From Lama glama (lineage: Eukaryota): a stretch of 64,000 nt of DNA. A program made the position numbers and the translations under genes. The stretch's first letter is position 1. Each line of letters begins with the position of its first letter. Shown here one piece after another: positions 47,591 to 59,176 of the stretch. The stretch is taken from NCBI GenBank assembly GCA_028534125.1, contig CM052817.1, forward strand, positions 8,186,001 to 8,250,000, read 5' to 3'. A model generated the notes under the pieces. The model had not been told where the DNA came from. It did not search any database and saw only the letters and a program-made list of their open reading frames with translations.

Positions 47591-49579
47591 AGGAGGCAGC
47601 AAAAGTGTGGTTGTGAGACTTTGGAGTTGAGAAGCCTGTATTCAAGAACGTCTGCTATTCCCTAGACTACAGGTTGCCTCTCTGAACAGTGGAGATGATG
47701 TCTAATTCACAGGGTTGTTGTAATGACTAATGGCTTTGGGGGAGGTGTTGTTGGATATACTGAGACACAACTCTAAAATAGGAATTTTCTCATCTGTGTT
47801 TAAGGACTCTGATAGTCATTTATGGTCCCCTTAAGTGATTGGTTGCCTTTTTGTTGTATTTTTATTCCATGCTTTCTAGTTTCAACATATTTTTGTTTCT
47901 GTTTTTGGAAGAGGATACTCCTTTTATGCAGATAACTACTTTTTAATATTTCTTTGCTTTTAAGATTTAAACTTATGCTAGTGATAATAAGATTTACAAA
48001 AGTAAGATTCATTATGAAGTTAAGCATCCAGTGTCTATTAATGTTGCTGAGTTGCTGGTTATTTTGACAGTTGGGATGGCAATATATCCAATAGCTTGAA
48101 ATAAAAGTTACTCCTTTAAAGGCTTGTAAAAATGAAAAGAATTTTGCATTTTAAAGAGTTAGTCTTTGATTAGATTGTTTTTATTTAAAAAAGGCCATGT
48201 GAGAGAGTGTGTGTGTGCATGCGTGCATGCGTGCGTGTGTGTGTTTACTGAGTAGTCTATCTAGATGGTATATGGTGACCTGAAAACCGAAAGCTCCAGG
48301 AATGAAACTAGAAAAGTTAAAAATGCAAGAAGATCTGAGGAAATGATGTGATGTCATCTGAATAACCCAAATCCAATCCAAGTCATCTGGGAAGAAATTC
48401 TGAGAGGGATGAGAAAACAGTGATTGTAACCAAGAAGTTATATCCCTAAGTAATGAAATTATTCTACCTCTGAATAAAGAATAATTTCAGAGGGGCAATG
48501 GCTGGCAGAGCATCGAGGAAAGGAAGGGATCCCCATCGCCTGGAACTGGCGTTGTCTATGGAAAGCACGCATTTGCTAGTAGGCACCAGCCATTTCTTGA
48601 TCTAATTCATTCTTTTCTGACTCTGTGGTCGTTAGACAACCTTTGGGTCCTGTTTGGCTTCACATTTGGCTTTGCCTGTGGAAAGAAGAAATGCTATTCA
48701 GCAAATATAGGAAACTCTCCACAGGTGATTATCTCTCTCCCCATGGATGACTTTTATGCACACAAGGCCCTAAAAGCTTGGTTAATGATAAAATCACTTG
48801 GGATTCAGATCCATTCTTTGTATGTATTGATATTCACCTTCTGACCTTGCAGGTCTGAGGTCTGGGCCCCACACTGTGGTGAGCAAATTGAGGTATCTCT
48901 GTGGGGCCATTCTGGATGTTCTGTCTTGGGTAACATCACATTTATTGGCCTTGTTTTAAATCTAAATTTAAATCCCACAAGTTCCTTGTAGAAAATGAAG
49001 AAAACCCAGAAGTTTACTGATAACAGCTAGTTGTCTAGTCTAGAGATAAACCCCTGATACAAGCTGCACCAATTAGAACTATCCTGGAGATTTTGGAAAG
49101 TATTCGGTGTCCCTCTCTGGTGGCCACACCCGATGTCTGGAGTAGTCAACCGCCAGATCCTCGGTGGATAGAGCCAGTCTGCGGAAGGAAAAATATCTGA
49201 CAACCCACAGAGTGAAGCACAGATAAGAGATGGATGACAAAATCCCTGCCTGTCCTCCACAGGTTCCTGTAGCCCAGTTATTCTCGTCCTTACCCATCCT
49301 TTGACCATGTGAAACAAATACCAAAGAAACATTCAAACTAGTAAAAAGTCCTGTTGTTTAATATGGAATATGCCTTGTTATGCTGATGTGAGGGACTGTG
49401 AAAACGGGTGGCATGTGCACGGAATTCTAGTGAGTATCAGCACTGGTCACCGTCTCCCGCTGGTAAACAATCTGAACCTTGGCTTGACACTTCCTACTAG
49501 TCCATGCTGGCACACCTCAAAACCTCAATACAAATCTGATGTTCTGCAAGCCATATGGAGAGAAGCGGGCAGGGCACAG

Positions 49580-50210
49580 CCATTCAAGGAATGACAGACA
49601 GCAATTAACACTAAAATGGTGGAAGATTCAACTCCCAGTAGGCTTTGAGGATTGAGATGGTGGGAGGTTTGACTTCTAGTAGAACTTAAGCTTCATTATG
49701 TGCTCCTTGTAACATATTAACATGATAAATAACATGCCCGCAGGTGTCATGACAGCCCCAAGGCTAACCACAAAAAGCCCAAGAGTGGGCGGTGGCCCAA
49801 TTCCTGGGAATCTCAAGCCCTTCCCTAGGGTAGTTGGAATGGTCCCACCTGTAGGCCTGTGAAGCTACTGAGCCCATAAAGACTGGCAACACCACTCCTG
49901 GCCGCCTCTTGCTCCCTCATCTTTGGAGGCAACCTGCACTCTGTCTACGGAGTGTGTACCTACTTTTACTCTAATCTGAGCACCCAACCCCCTACACCTC
50001 GTGGCCTTTCTCTTGCCCTCTGAAACAGCCTACACTCTATGCAGTATGTATCTCTCTAAATAAATCTACATTTACTCAACTGTGGCTTGCTTTTGAATTC
50101 TTTCCTGCACGAAGCAAAGAACCCACACTTGGTGGGGCATGTCCCAGGGACCCAACTGAGACCTGGGACACAGCTGTCTTCACGCCCCACATCTGTTTTT
50201 CCTGCATTAC
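49580..50210 (+). mobile_element. ERV1-type solo LTR (boundaries approximate)
   Basis: CCCATAAA (TATA-like), AATAAATCT poly-A signal, and U5-like GAATTCTTTCCTGCACGAAGCAAAGAACC. Confidence 0.6.
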
Positions 50211-50289
50211 TTTTTCCTATTAGTGCCTCTGTTACTCCAGGGGAGCCATGAATTTGGGGGTGGGGGTGGGGAACAACTCTCTAAAAGTA

Positions 50290-50650
50290 TTGCCAAACAA
50301 AAGTTGACATGCCACATGCACAGTGAGGCCAAACTGAAATGGAGTTTGCAGTAGAGAAAGATTTACTGCGGGGCTAAGCAAGGAGAACCTGTGGCTGGTG
50401 CTCAAAAACCTGAACTCCCTGATGGTTTCAGGGAAGAATTTTTATAGGCAACATTTAGGGTGAGGGTTGCAGGGTGTGTGATTTTCTCCTGGTTGGCTGG
50501 TGGTGAGGTAACAATGCAATGTTCTAGGAATCTTGTGCTCAGCCTGAGGTTACTAACCTCCGCTTGGGAGGGGGCCTTAGTTCCCACAGAACTCGAAGAT
50601 ACATTGTTATGTATATTCCTTGAGGAGGAACCAGGACCCTGCTTTACCCC
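50290..50650 (-). mobile_element. LTR-like element (ERV1-type; boundaries approximate)
   Basis: GAAAGATTTACTGC...CTCAAAAACCTGAACTCCCTGATGG...TTTTTATAGG, i.e. reverse-strand poly-A/TATA-like layout. Confidence 0.5.
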
Positions 50651-50944
50651 TGGAGTTGAATCTTATGTCTCAAGAGATATCAGAGTTGGTTGGAAAAATA
50701 GAAGAAATGCTCACTTCTTGAAAGAAAATTGAATAAAAATACTCATCAGTAATTCTTTCAGACAATGAATACTGAACTAACGATCGTACATTTCTGGATT
50801 TAAGTAAGTAAGTAAACAGCCTTGCTGTTTTCTAGCTTTATGACTGTGGGCAAACCTTTCAACCTCTCTGTACCTTATTTTCTTATTTGTAAAATACAAA
50901 GAATAACAGACTTACCATGAGGTTTTGGGAAGACTGACTGAGAT

Positions 50945-51440
50945 AACTCATTCATTCCTTAAGTATCTGTTGGGCTCGTACTATGTGCCAGGAGAAAGCA
51001 GACAAACCATTTCCCTACCAGTGCTTCCATTCTAGTCAAATTAGCTGGTCAACAAACAAACAAATGCACAAATAAAATATCAAGCAGGGATAAGTACTCT
51101 GCCTAGGATGAAGTAGAGTGATACCATGGAGGTTGACTGGATAGCAACTCTCAGGTTAGGGAGAATCATTCTCAGATCTGAATGCCACAGTGAAGCTGGC
51201 CATGAGGAAATGAGGTGTAGCTGGTGCTAAGGTCCTGGGGCAGGAATCAGCTTGATGTGTTTGAGGATCAGAAATAAGGTCATTGCAGCCAGAGGATACT
51301 GGGCAAAGGACAGAGTGGTAGCAGATGGAACCAGATCACGTAGGGCTTGGATAACAAGGATAGGAAATGTGTTTTGTCTTAAGTGCAATGAAAAGCCCCT
51401 GGAGAATTTTAAGCTGGTGAATGACATGATTTCACAATGG
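50945..51440 (-). mobile_element. L2 fragment
   Basis: CATTCATTC...TACTATGTGCCAGG...TTTTAAGCTGGTGAATGACATGAT. Confidence 0.65.
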
Positions 51441-52772
51441 ATGTAAGGTGTTCACCACTGATCCTCGCACAGGGAAAACGCAGTGTGTATTAGCTGCTGT
51501 TACCTTTTCATTTAATCCTCATATCAATCCTCTGTTACTGTGAAAGGAAATCATTCCAAACTTGATCTGGGGCAGAACTTTGTGGGCTGATGTGATTTTC
51601 AGCCTCTTTGGGAAGGATCTAGCCTTCCTAATAAAGCTCCAGAGTATTTTTCTGATGGACTTTAAAGCAATTTAGATTCCTTCTGGGGAGTCATATTGGC
51701 TGCACACCGCTCTTGTAGTTTAGGTGTGCCCAGTAACCCTTAGCCAGGTATGCAGAGCTACGGCACTCTCTAAGCCGTATGCTTTCCTAATAACCTTCAA
51801 ACCAGACATTCCTCTCCTAAAACTTTAATCGAGTAGTGTTTAAGTCACTTTTGCTTTTTCTCCTAAAGAAGATCTTTGAACTATCTTTTTTTTTTTTTTG
51901 AGATCTTTTCCCTTACCAACAAACTTGCAATGAAATGTGGATCAATGTTTATACTCAGTTCATCCCAGAAACTGCTTTGACAGTGTCAGTAATATCACCC
52001 TCTACAGACAAGGAGACTGAGCCTTAGAAATGTTAAGTAACTTGGTCAAGGCCACAGTTTCCCAGCCAAGGCCTATGCCCTTAAGCATTCCAGTGTACTC
52101 CCTGCAGGAAGACCAAACTCAACATAAGCCAGTGTTCTTAGAAGAAAAGCAATTTAGAACCTAAGCGATGGCCCAGTCCCCAGGCATCATATTTCTTTTA
52201 TTGCAGCCTCATTATCGTGTTTTATTTTATATTGATTTTTAATGACAGGTATTCTATGGTTCACCGTGACCTCCCTTTATTCCCCCCAAGATATGTGTGT
52301 GTAGTTCATCTCCAATCCCACTCTGCTTTTTGATTTTTCAAGAGTTCTAATTTGTTCTTTCACAAATTGAACCCAATCCTAACAAGAAAAGACTTTTTCT
52401 CCAGTTTGTCAAGATCTACAGAATCTATTCTTCTGGTCTTGGATGTCATCTACTTGAATCTTCAGTCTATCCAAGCCCAGAGACTTAATTCATTAGTGTC
52501 TGTGACTCATGCCAAACACATGAACAGACTGTGTGAGTCTGCCAAGCTGAAGTAAACAATGCATTTGCTCTTGTGAGAAAAATCCTGAATGAAATCATTG
52601 AAGGATGCTAAAACCCTCTGGGTTATTTCAGACTGGAGGATGGGGGAAGTCCCTACTTCTAACTAACAAGTATTAGTTTCTTAGAACAAAATTGATTTCA
52701 TGGGTGTACTGGAACCAGTTTAAATAAAGTTATGTTAAATTTTCAGGAAATTTGTGAAGTAGTTGATGCCAA

Positions 52773-53350
52773 GTTGTTACCAGAGAGTAGGTTCTTGTCT
52801 TGTCACAGAAAGAATTCAGAGACGAGACACAGAGGTCGAGGGTAAAGTGAGGATTTATTAAGCAATAGTTTGCTCTCAAGTGGAGAGTGAGTAGACTCAG
52901 GTGAGTAGCTGTACTGAATTTCTTTGGCAAGCTGATTACATGAGCTGTAAAAATGAATTGGCAGAATATTCATTGGAGAAGGAGGGGTTTGGAGCCCTAT
53001 TTCCTGATTTTCATCCCAGCTCCACCTTCCTGAGGGAAAGAGGGATTCTTGTCCTTATTTAGTCTTGATTAGAAGTGTCATGGAATTAGTGCATGATGGG
53101 TACTTCTAATCTGCAAGGCTAATTTTATTGTAATGACGGCATAATGAGCAAAAGGTTATATTTGGATGTCAGAGATTCTTGCCTTATCCCACCTTTCTTT
53201 GTCTGCCTCCAGGACACTTGTCAACCCGAAATGTGTGGTTTCTTATCAGTCTGTAGGTTCCTGCTTTTCGTTGTCTGCCCAAGGGCTCCTGTTGTTCACA
53301 AGATGTGTGGTTTCCTGCCATTTGGCCCATGCCCTGCTTTCTCTGCTCAT
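52773..53350 (-). mobile_element. ERV solo LTR, reverse orientation
   Basis: TGTTAC terminus, AGAAAGAATTCAGAG and GATTTATT (AATAAA on the minus strand). Confidence 0.6.
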
Positions 53351-53585
53351 ATCTAGCTCTCTGCCTGCTCTAAGAAAGTCAATAGCTTGAAATTGGCTGG
53401 AGTATTTATATTACAAAAATTGGCAAATGCCACACATCAGGGCTTTCTTACCCCACAGAGCCAGCCTTTTGAACACTCAGCAGCACACCTCAGCACTGCA
53501 AGTACCCTTCTGGCTCTTGGTCTTCTTCCACCTAGTTATAGAAGAGGGCATGGGAAGAGAGTGGTCCTGTTTCCAAGACAGGTTT

Positions 53586-54127
53586 TGTGAAGGAAAAGCC
53601 AGGCTGGTCTAAAAAGATAACTCACAAGTCTAGGAATGTGAAGGAGAAGCTGGGCTGGTCTAACAAGATAACTCACAAATCTAAGTATCGGAATACTGAT
53701 CTGAGTTCTGCTGGACTGACTTGTGAATCTAAGTTAATTAGTGTTGGTTTGCTGTTCATGTTTTTTTGCTAGCCAGCTGGATTTTCAAAGATATATAACT
53801 GGCTTTGGAATGTTGGTTTGCTGCCTCCCTGCCTTCATTTTTGTGATAATGATGCTGCTAAAGCTGTTCCATGCCTACTGGCCGAATACCCCAACCTTGT
53901 ACTTTACCCTATAAAACCTCATGCACACGTCTTGGAGGTGCTCAGAGTTTCGGAGCAGAAGCCCCTCTGAGACCGCCGGCATAATACATCTGAGTACTCC
54001 AACCCTCCGAGTGGTGCTTGTTTCTTGGCTGGCCCGTCATTTCCGTAACAGTTTTTGGCTGGCACTTGCCTGCATTTTTCCCTGTCACATACTCTGTCAA
54101 GAGTTCTATAGTCAAACAGACCCCACA
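53586..54127 (+). mobile_element. ERV LTR-like element with an internal 51-bp duplication
   Basis: TG...CA termini, CTATAAAA at ~53910, CpG-retaining R/U5-like segment; no clean TSD. Confidence 0.55.
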
Positions 54128-55046
54128 TTCTTAGCAGAGATGAGGTTCACCATTATTTTACCCTCAGGTTTAATCCCATATCCATTACCACTTGCTCTGT
54201 GACTTGTGCTGGTCAGTTACCCACATCTCTAGACCCATTTCCTCATCCCTATAATGAGGATAATATTGCTAACCTCATAGTTTGTTTGCAAGTGTGTATG
54301 GGGTAAGGGAGGTTACCCATGAAGTGTTTTGCTTAGAACTTGGTGAATTGTAAGTTTTTCATAAGCAGTATCTCTAATTAAAATGACATTATTAGTCAGT
54401 AGGTATTCACTGACACTTACAGAACTCCTGCCCTTGAGGCTCTTGTTAAGTGCCAGTGTCTAGAGGGCTCGTATCTCTGGTCCAAAGCCTTGAGTCAGCC
54501 TGGCTCACACGTTTCCCCCACAAGGTGGCGTTCCCTTTCTGCCTGTGCTTGTTAAGGCCGGGAGCCCTGGCATGGGTGTGATTCCCTTGTAATCCAAGCC
54601 ACACCAGCCATACCCTCTCTTTCATTCAGTGTCTGCCTCCCAGTGATACCTCAAGTGCATCGAGCTTGACGATCTTTTTGGCTAGAAAGAAACAGGAGAA
54701 AGAAACACTTGAAATATGTTGATTTGGCCTGTATGACTTTTCATTGACATGAAGAAGGAGGATTTTGTGTCTCTGTGGAAAATCTTCCTTTTATTCACTG
54801 CAAGGATGCTTTTAACTGGTAGGAAGCTGAAGTCTTTGCGAGGTTCCTCCTGGTTCCTTTTCCCTCATTGTCAAGAATCCTCAGGGCAACATGATAGAGT
54901 GAAAATCAACATGGGGCCAGCAATCAGACAGACCTAGATCTGACATATGATTCTGCTGCTTATTGGCTGAATGTTCTTGGGCTACTTATTTGAATTTCTA
55001 ACTCTCAGTTTCCTAATCCATACAATGGGGGTGTCTGTCTGTTTGT

Positions 55047-55091
<45 letters not shown>

Positions 55092-55105
55092 ATCTATCTA
55101 TCTAC

Positions 55106-55150
<45 letters not shown>
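55047..55150. repeat. (TATC)n tetranucleotide microsatellite, interrupted
   Basis: Direct reading: about 25 TATC/CTAT units with two interruptions. Confidence 0.97.
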
Positions 55151-55152
<2 letters not shown>

Positions 55153-56493
55153 GGGTTATCCTGTACTTCACAATCTGCTTCACATTAGATTCATTTATGG
55201 AAATTTTCAAAAACAGTTGATTCCTTGGCTCCAGTTCAAAAGACTGATTCACTTGGGCTTGGTTTCAGCCCGAACATCAGTCTGTTTTAGAATTTCCAGG
55301 TAATTCTATGTGTAGTGAAGTTTTAAGAACAGCTGAGATCCTATTATTAAGCCTCTCTAGGCCTCAGTTGGCTCACATGATCAGAATCTGACAGTCCTTG
55401 GACCTCAGCAGCTCATACAAATGCAAAATGAGTCTCTTTTGCCGACGGCCACTTTGTGACTGTAATCTTTGACCTGTTCAGATTAGCAGACACTGCAGTC
55501 TCCCTCGCACCCACTTCTTGTCTTCAGAGGCCGTTCCTGGGAAGCCCAAGAACCCCTACTGTTGTTCTGCAGGTGAGGAGAACAACACCTGGGACCCTTG
55601 TCCTCTGCTGAAGCTGGGCAGTCCCTGTGGTCGGGAGAAATGTCAGCCCTTGCCACGATTCCACAGAGAGCAGTGGGGTGATGTGGCTTCTCCTGGGTCT
55701 CCCTCGGTCAAGGATGTTCATCCCTCCAGTTGGCCTGGATTGTCAAGGACAGGGCCCATCAGGGGTCAACTCTTTCATTTCACACAAGAGCAGACATTTC
55801 CTTAGGCACAGCCCATCACCCCGACAGCCGTCTCATGAGGCAAAGGAGCATCTCCTCCCTGTCCAGAACCAGCTGCTCCTATGTCCTTTACCTGGGCTGC
55901 CCAGTCCACACTCCTCCCTCTTGACGAATTTCCTCTTGGAAATCCTTTTTCTTCTCACTGTCTGGCCTCAAGTGGGCCCACCCTTGTCTACCAGATGTGT
56001 TCTAATAAGTGCAGTAAGTAGATAAATACCAGACTTTTCTCCCAGCAGGCTCCTTGGCCCACCGTGCAGGCTCACATATGTAAAAGGATGTATGAGAGAG
56101 GGTTCATATCAATTTACTTAGCAACCTCTTCTAAACCCAGGCCCTTCCCAAGTTCCACCTCCACCAAAAAAAAAAAAAAAAAATCCCTTCCCCAGAATCA
56201 ATGGGTAAGGATTCATTCACTTTGCACATGTGTCAGAGGGACTGCCAAAGTGATTATTTCCATGATAAAGAGACAGTTTGCCCCAAAAGTCAGTTCAGGT
56301 TTTCACCATGAGCACAGAAGCCACATAAAACAACCAAGATAGCAGTGTCCTTAGTTTCAACTAATTCTAGGATTCAGTCTCCTCTGGACAGTCCATCACA
56401 TATAGATGGGGTTGACGTGAATGGCAGCCTCACCGGGTGGCTGAGAATAACAAGTGAGAAACATGTAGAAAGAACAATTTCTAATGTCTTATT

Positions 56494-56646
56494 TTTTTCT
56501 AATAAAATAGTTTTTTTTAATAATTTTTAAAAAAATTTGTGGGGAGGTAACCAGGTTTTATTTTTTAGAGGAGGTACTGGGGATTGAACCTAGGACCTCG
56601 TGCATGCTAAGCATGCACTCTACCACTTGAGCTATGCCCTCCCCTG
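56494..56646 (-). mobile_element. tRNA-Ala(AGC)-derived SINE, resembling camelid Vic-1
   Basis: Minus strand reads GGGGAGGGCATAGCTCAAGTGGTAGAG...TTAGCAT...GGTTCAATCCCCAGTACCTCC, then an A-rich tail. A 12-bp TSD, TAATGTCTTATT, lies at 56482-56493 and 56647-56658. Confidence 0.88.
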
Positions 56647-57529
56647 TAATGTCTTATTATTATCACTGTTGCTGGTTATGCATATCAGCATCTAATAAAA
56701 GTTGCCACTGTGGACAGTGGGTACCTCAGGACCAAGTTATCTCCCCTCCTCTTCCTGCCCCTGTACAGTAGTCAGTATAAGGGTCCGGAATCCTGACCAA
56801 TACAACCTGGTAGTCCCAGGTTCTCACCTTGTCACCCAAAAGTCACAGTAGTTGGAGTAATGGAGCCTCTCCACTTAAATGCAGGGCTGTGGGCCCAAGT
56901 GTTACTTGCTGTCTCTCTCTCCTGCTTTGGTAATGAGAACAATTCAAGAGAGTAACTTTTGATCAGGTGGCCTTTGAGTTGCTTCTTGAGCTTTGGTTTT
57001 CCTCTGAATAGACCCAAGTGTCTTCAAGAGGTTAGGAGAAAACTGGAGAATGTCTGGCTTGAGCCGTGTTCTCCACCGTACTAAACCCAAAGCCCTAAAT
57101 ATTGCAGCTCTCGGGGACTTGCCTGGCCTTTTAGAGAAGTGCAGTACAGGATCTTGATTCTCATGTGGTTCCTTGAGTCTGCTGTCTATCTTTCAGGAAT
57201 CTGAGAGGAAGCAGGCTTATAATGAGCACTCCTTAGCCTAGAACAGTTCTTCTTCCTGAAAGGCTAAACACTTTCACCCTGGGGTTTTAGTGACCACTGA
57301 CATTTTAAGAAATGTGCGCATGTCTCTCAAAGGAAGGTCAATTTGGGGATCATCTTACAGTTACTAGCTATGGATGATCTGGGTCTGATTACCTAAGGGG
57401 CCAGCTTGTCTCCCTTATGGATGGTCATGAGACATACTCTGGAGATGGTGCTGACTGGGCTCAGTGGTTGACTGGATGGAGCAGGAAGGGATGGGGAGAT
57501 AATCTGCTGGGTAAGTTTCCTTTAGAGCA

Positions 57530-57802
57530 AACACTGGCTAACTATAGCTAGCAGGTCAAATAACGCTTCCAGTTTTTGTTTTTAATTTTTTATTTTGAAA
57601 TTAATTAAGACCAAATTGCTACCTGTTTTATAAATAAATTTTACTAGGATGTTACCACACTTATTTGTTTATAGATTGCCTACGGCTGCTTTCATGATAC
57701 AATAGCAGAATTGAGCAATTGCAACAAATAATGTATGACTTGCAAAGCCTAACATTTGTACCATCTGGCTCTTTACAGAAGAAATTTGATGGCCCCTGTG
57801 CT
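57530..57802. mobile_element. MER58-like hAT MITE
   Basis: GATTGCCTACGGCTGCTTTCATGATACAATAGCAGAATTGAG...ATCTGGCTCTTTACAGAA. Confidence 0.7.
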
Positions 57803-59176
57803 AGATTCAAGGATGCTTCTCCCAACTGCCTCAGTTTCCTCCTGGCTGCAGCCCAAAGGCCACAAGACCCCACTGAATCAGAGAACTCCAGGGTTAGGAG
57901 GCATTAGTGGGCTTCCAGTGAAATTTCTCATCTGAGGCCAGAATCTCCCAAGGATACCTTCTCAAGAGATCCCCTGGAGGCGAAGGCACAGCACTGCCTG
58001 CAGAGGCCAAGTCACCTTCTTTGGGAAGTTCTGGCTGCTGGAAAATCACTCCTTACACGGAACTAAAATCTGGTGGAAAAAAAAGAATTTGTTCAGGTTT
58101 TATTGTTTATAATCCCATCTCCAGCCTTTGGAGGAGGAAGACACTGTCACCAGCAAGATGGTCTGTGCTGTCTGTCTTGTGTGGGGCAGCACAACGGGTA
58201 GGGAGGAGATCTGCAGAAACTGTGTGCTCTGCGTGGAAGAAGATGCTGGATGCCTCTAGAGAGAGGAATCCAGAAAAGGGATGCTGGAGGGGCATGGCTG
58301 AAGGGGAGGGGTGAGAGAGGACCTGCAGGCGGGGAAGGAGACAGAAGTATGGGAGCTGTCTCAAATTATTCTTCAGTGCTTCTGGAGTAGGACTTGAGTG
58401 TGTGGGTGTGTTTCTAGATGCTTCAAGCCATTGAAATGTCCTTCAAGGATATGGTCCAGGTGTATTTGAGTTGTGTCAGTTTCCCTGACGTTCCCATAAA
58501 ACAATCTCATACTGTCAGTCCCAAGAGCTTTCAGACCAAGCAGCACCATAGCCATAATGATCCAAATCCCACCTCACTGTCTTCCTTCCTGGCTACAGGT
58601 TTCCTCTTCTCTCACCTCAAAGGTTGCTTCAAACCAGAAGGCATGGAAGGAGAGAGAGGTGGCGGGAGACCATGCGCCATCTCCTTGGCCCAGGGTAGAA
58701 GGTCTTCCAGGGCACAGAGTAATGCACAGACATCCAGAGCTATGTTAGAGATCCCGTATTCAAGATCTATACCTGCAATAATTGTGTGTGCAAACTTTTG
58801 TTACCATTTCTCTTCTTTGTGCCTCAGTCTCTTCCTCTGTACAACAGGAGGCTGGGGCTAGGAAAGTGCTCAAATCCTGCTTGTTGCACTTGAGTGTTCT
58901 ACAAGGGGGCTTTGGAGGTGTGGGGCAGGACGCGCCACAGTGAGGATGCTAAGGGGCTGGGTTTCCTGGCCATCCTACTCAACTTTCATCTAAGCATCTC
59001 TGTGCTATCTATTGGGTAGACTGGGATTTCTTAAAATCTGTTAATACTAAATTTCTGCTGCTAAAGAAATAAAAAGGCTAGAATCCAGTGAACTTTATCT
59101 GTATTTCTCTATGCTGTAGTGCATGTCTCACTAGAGGGATTCACGCTGGGTTGTTTTTGTGATACATGGATGAACA

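Noticed and set aside
49027..49336. Overlapping 85-101-aa minus-strand ORFs, a possible retrocopy
   Set aside because: No recognisable protein similarity, poly-A tail or TSD.
54971..55303. 110-aa ORF with IYLS repeats
   Set aside because: Translation of the (TATC)n microsatellite.
56570..56644. Apparent tRNA-Ala(AGC) gene
   Set aside because: Extra 5' bases, stem mismatches, an A-rich tail and a flanking TSD identify it as a SINE head.
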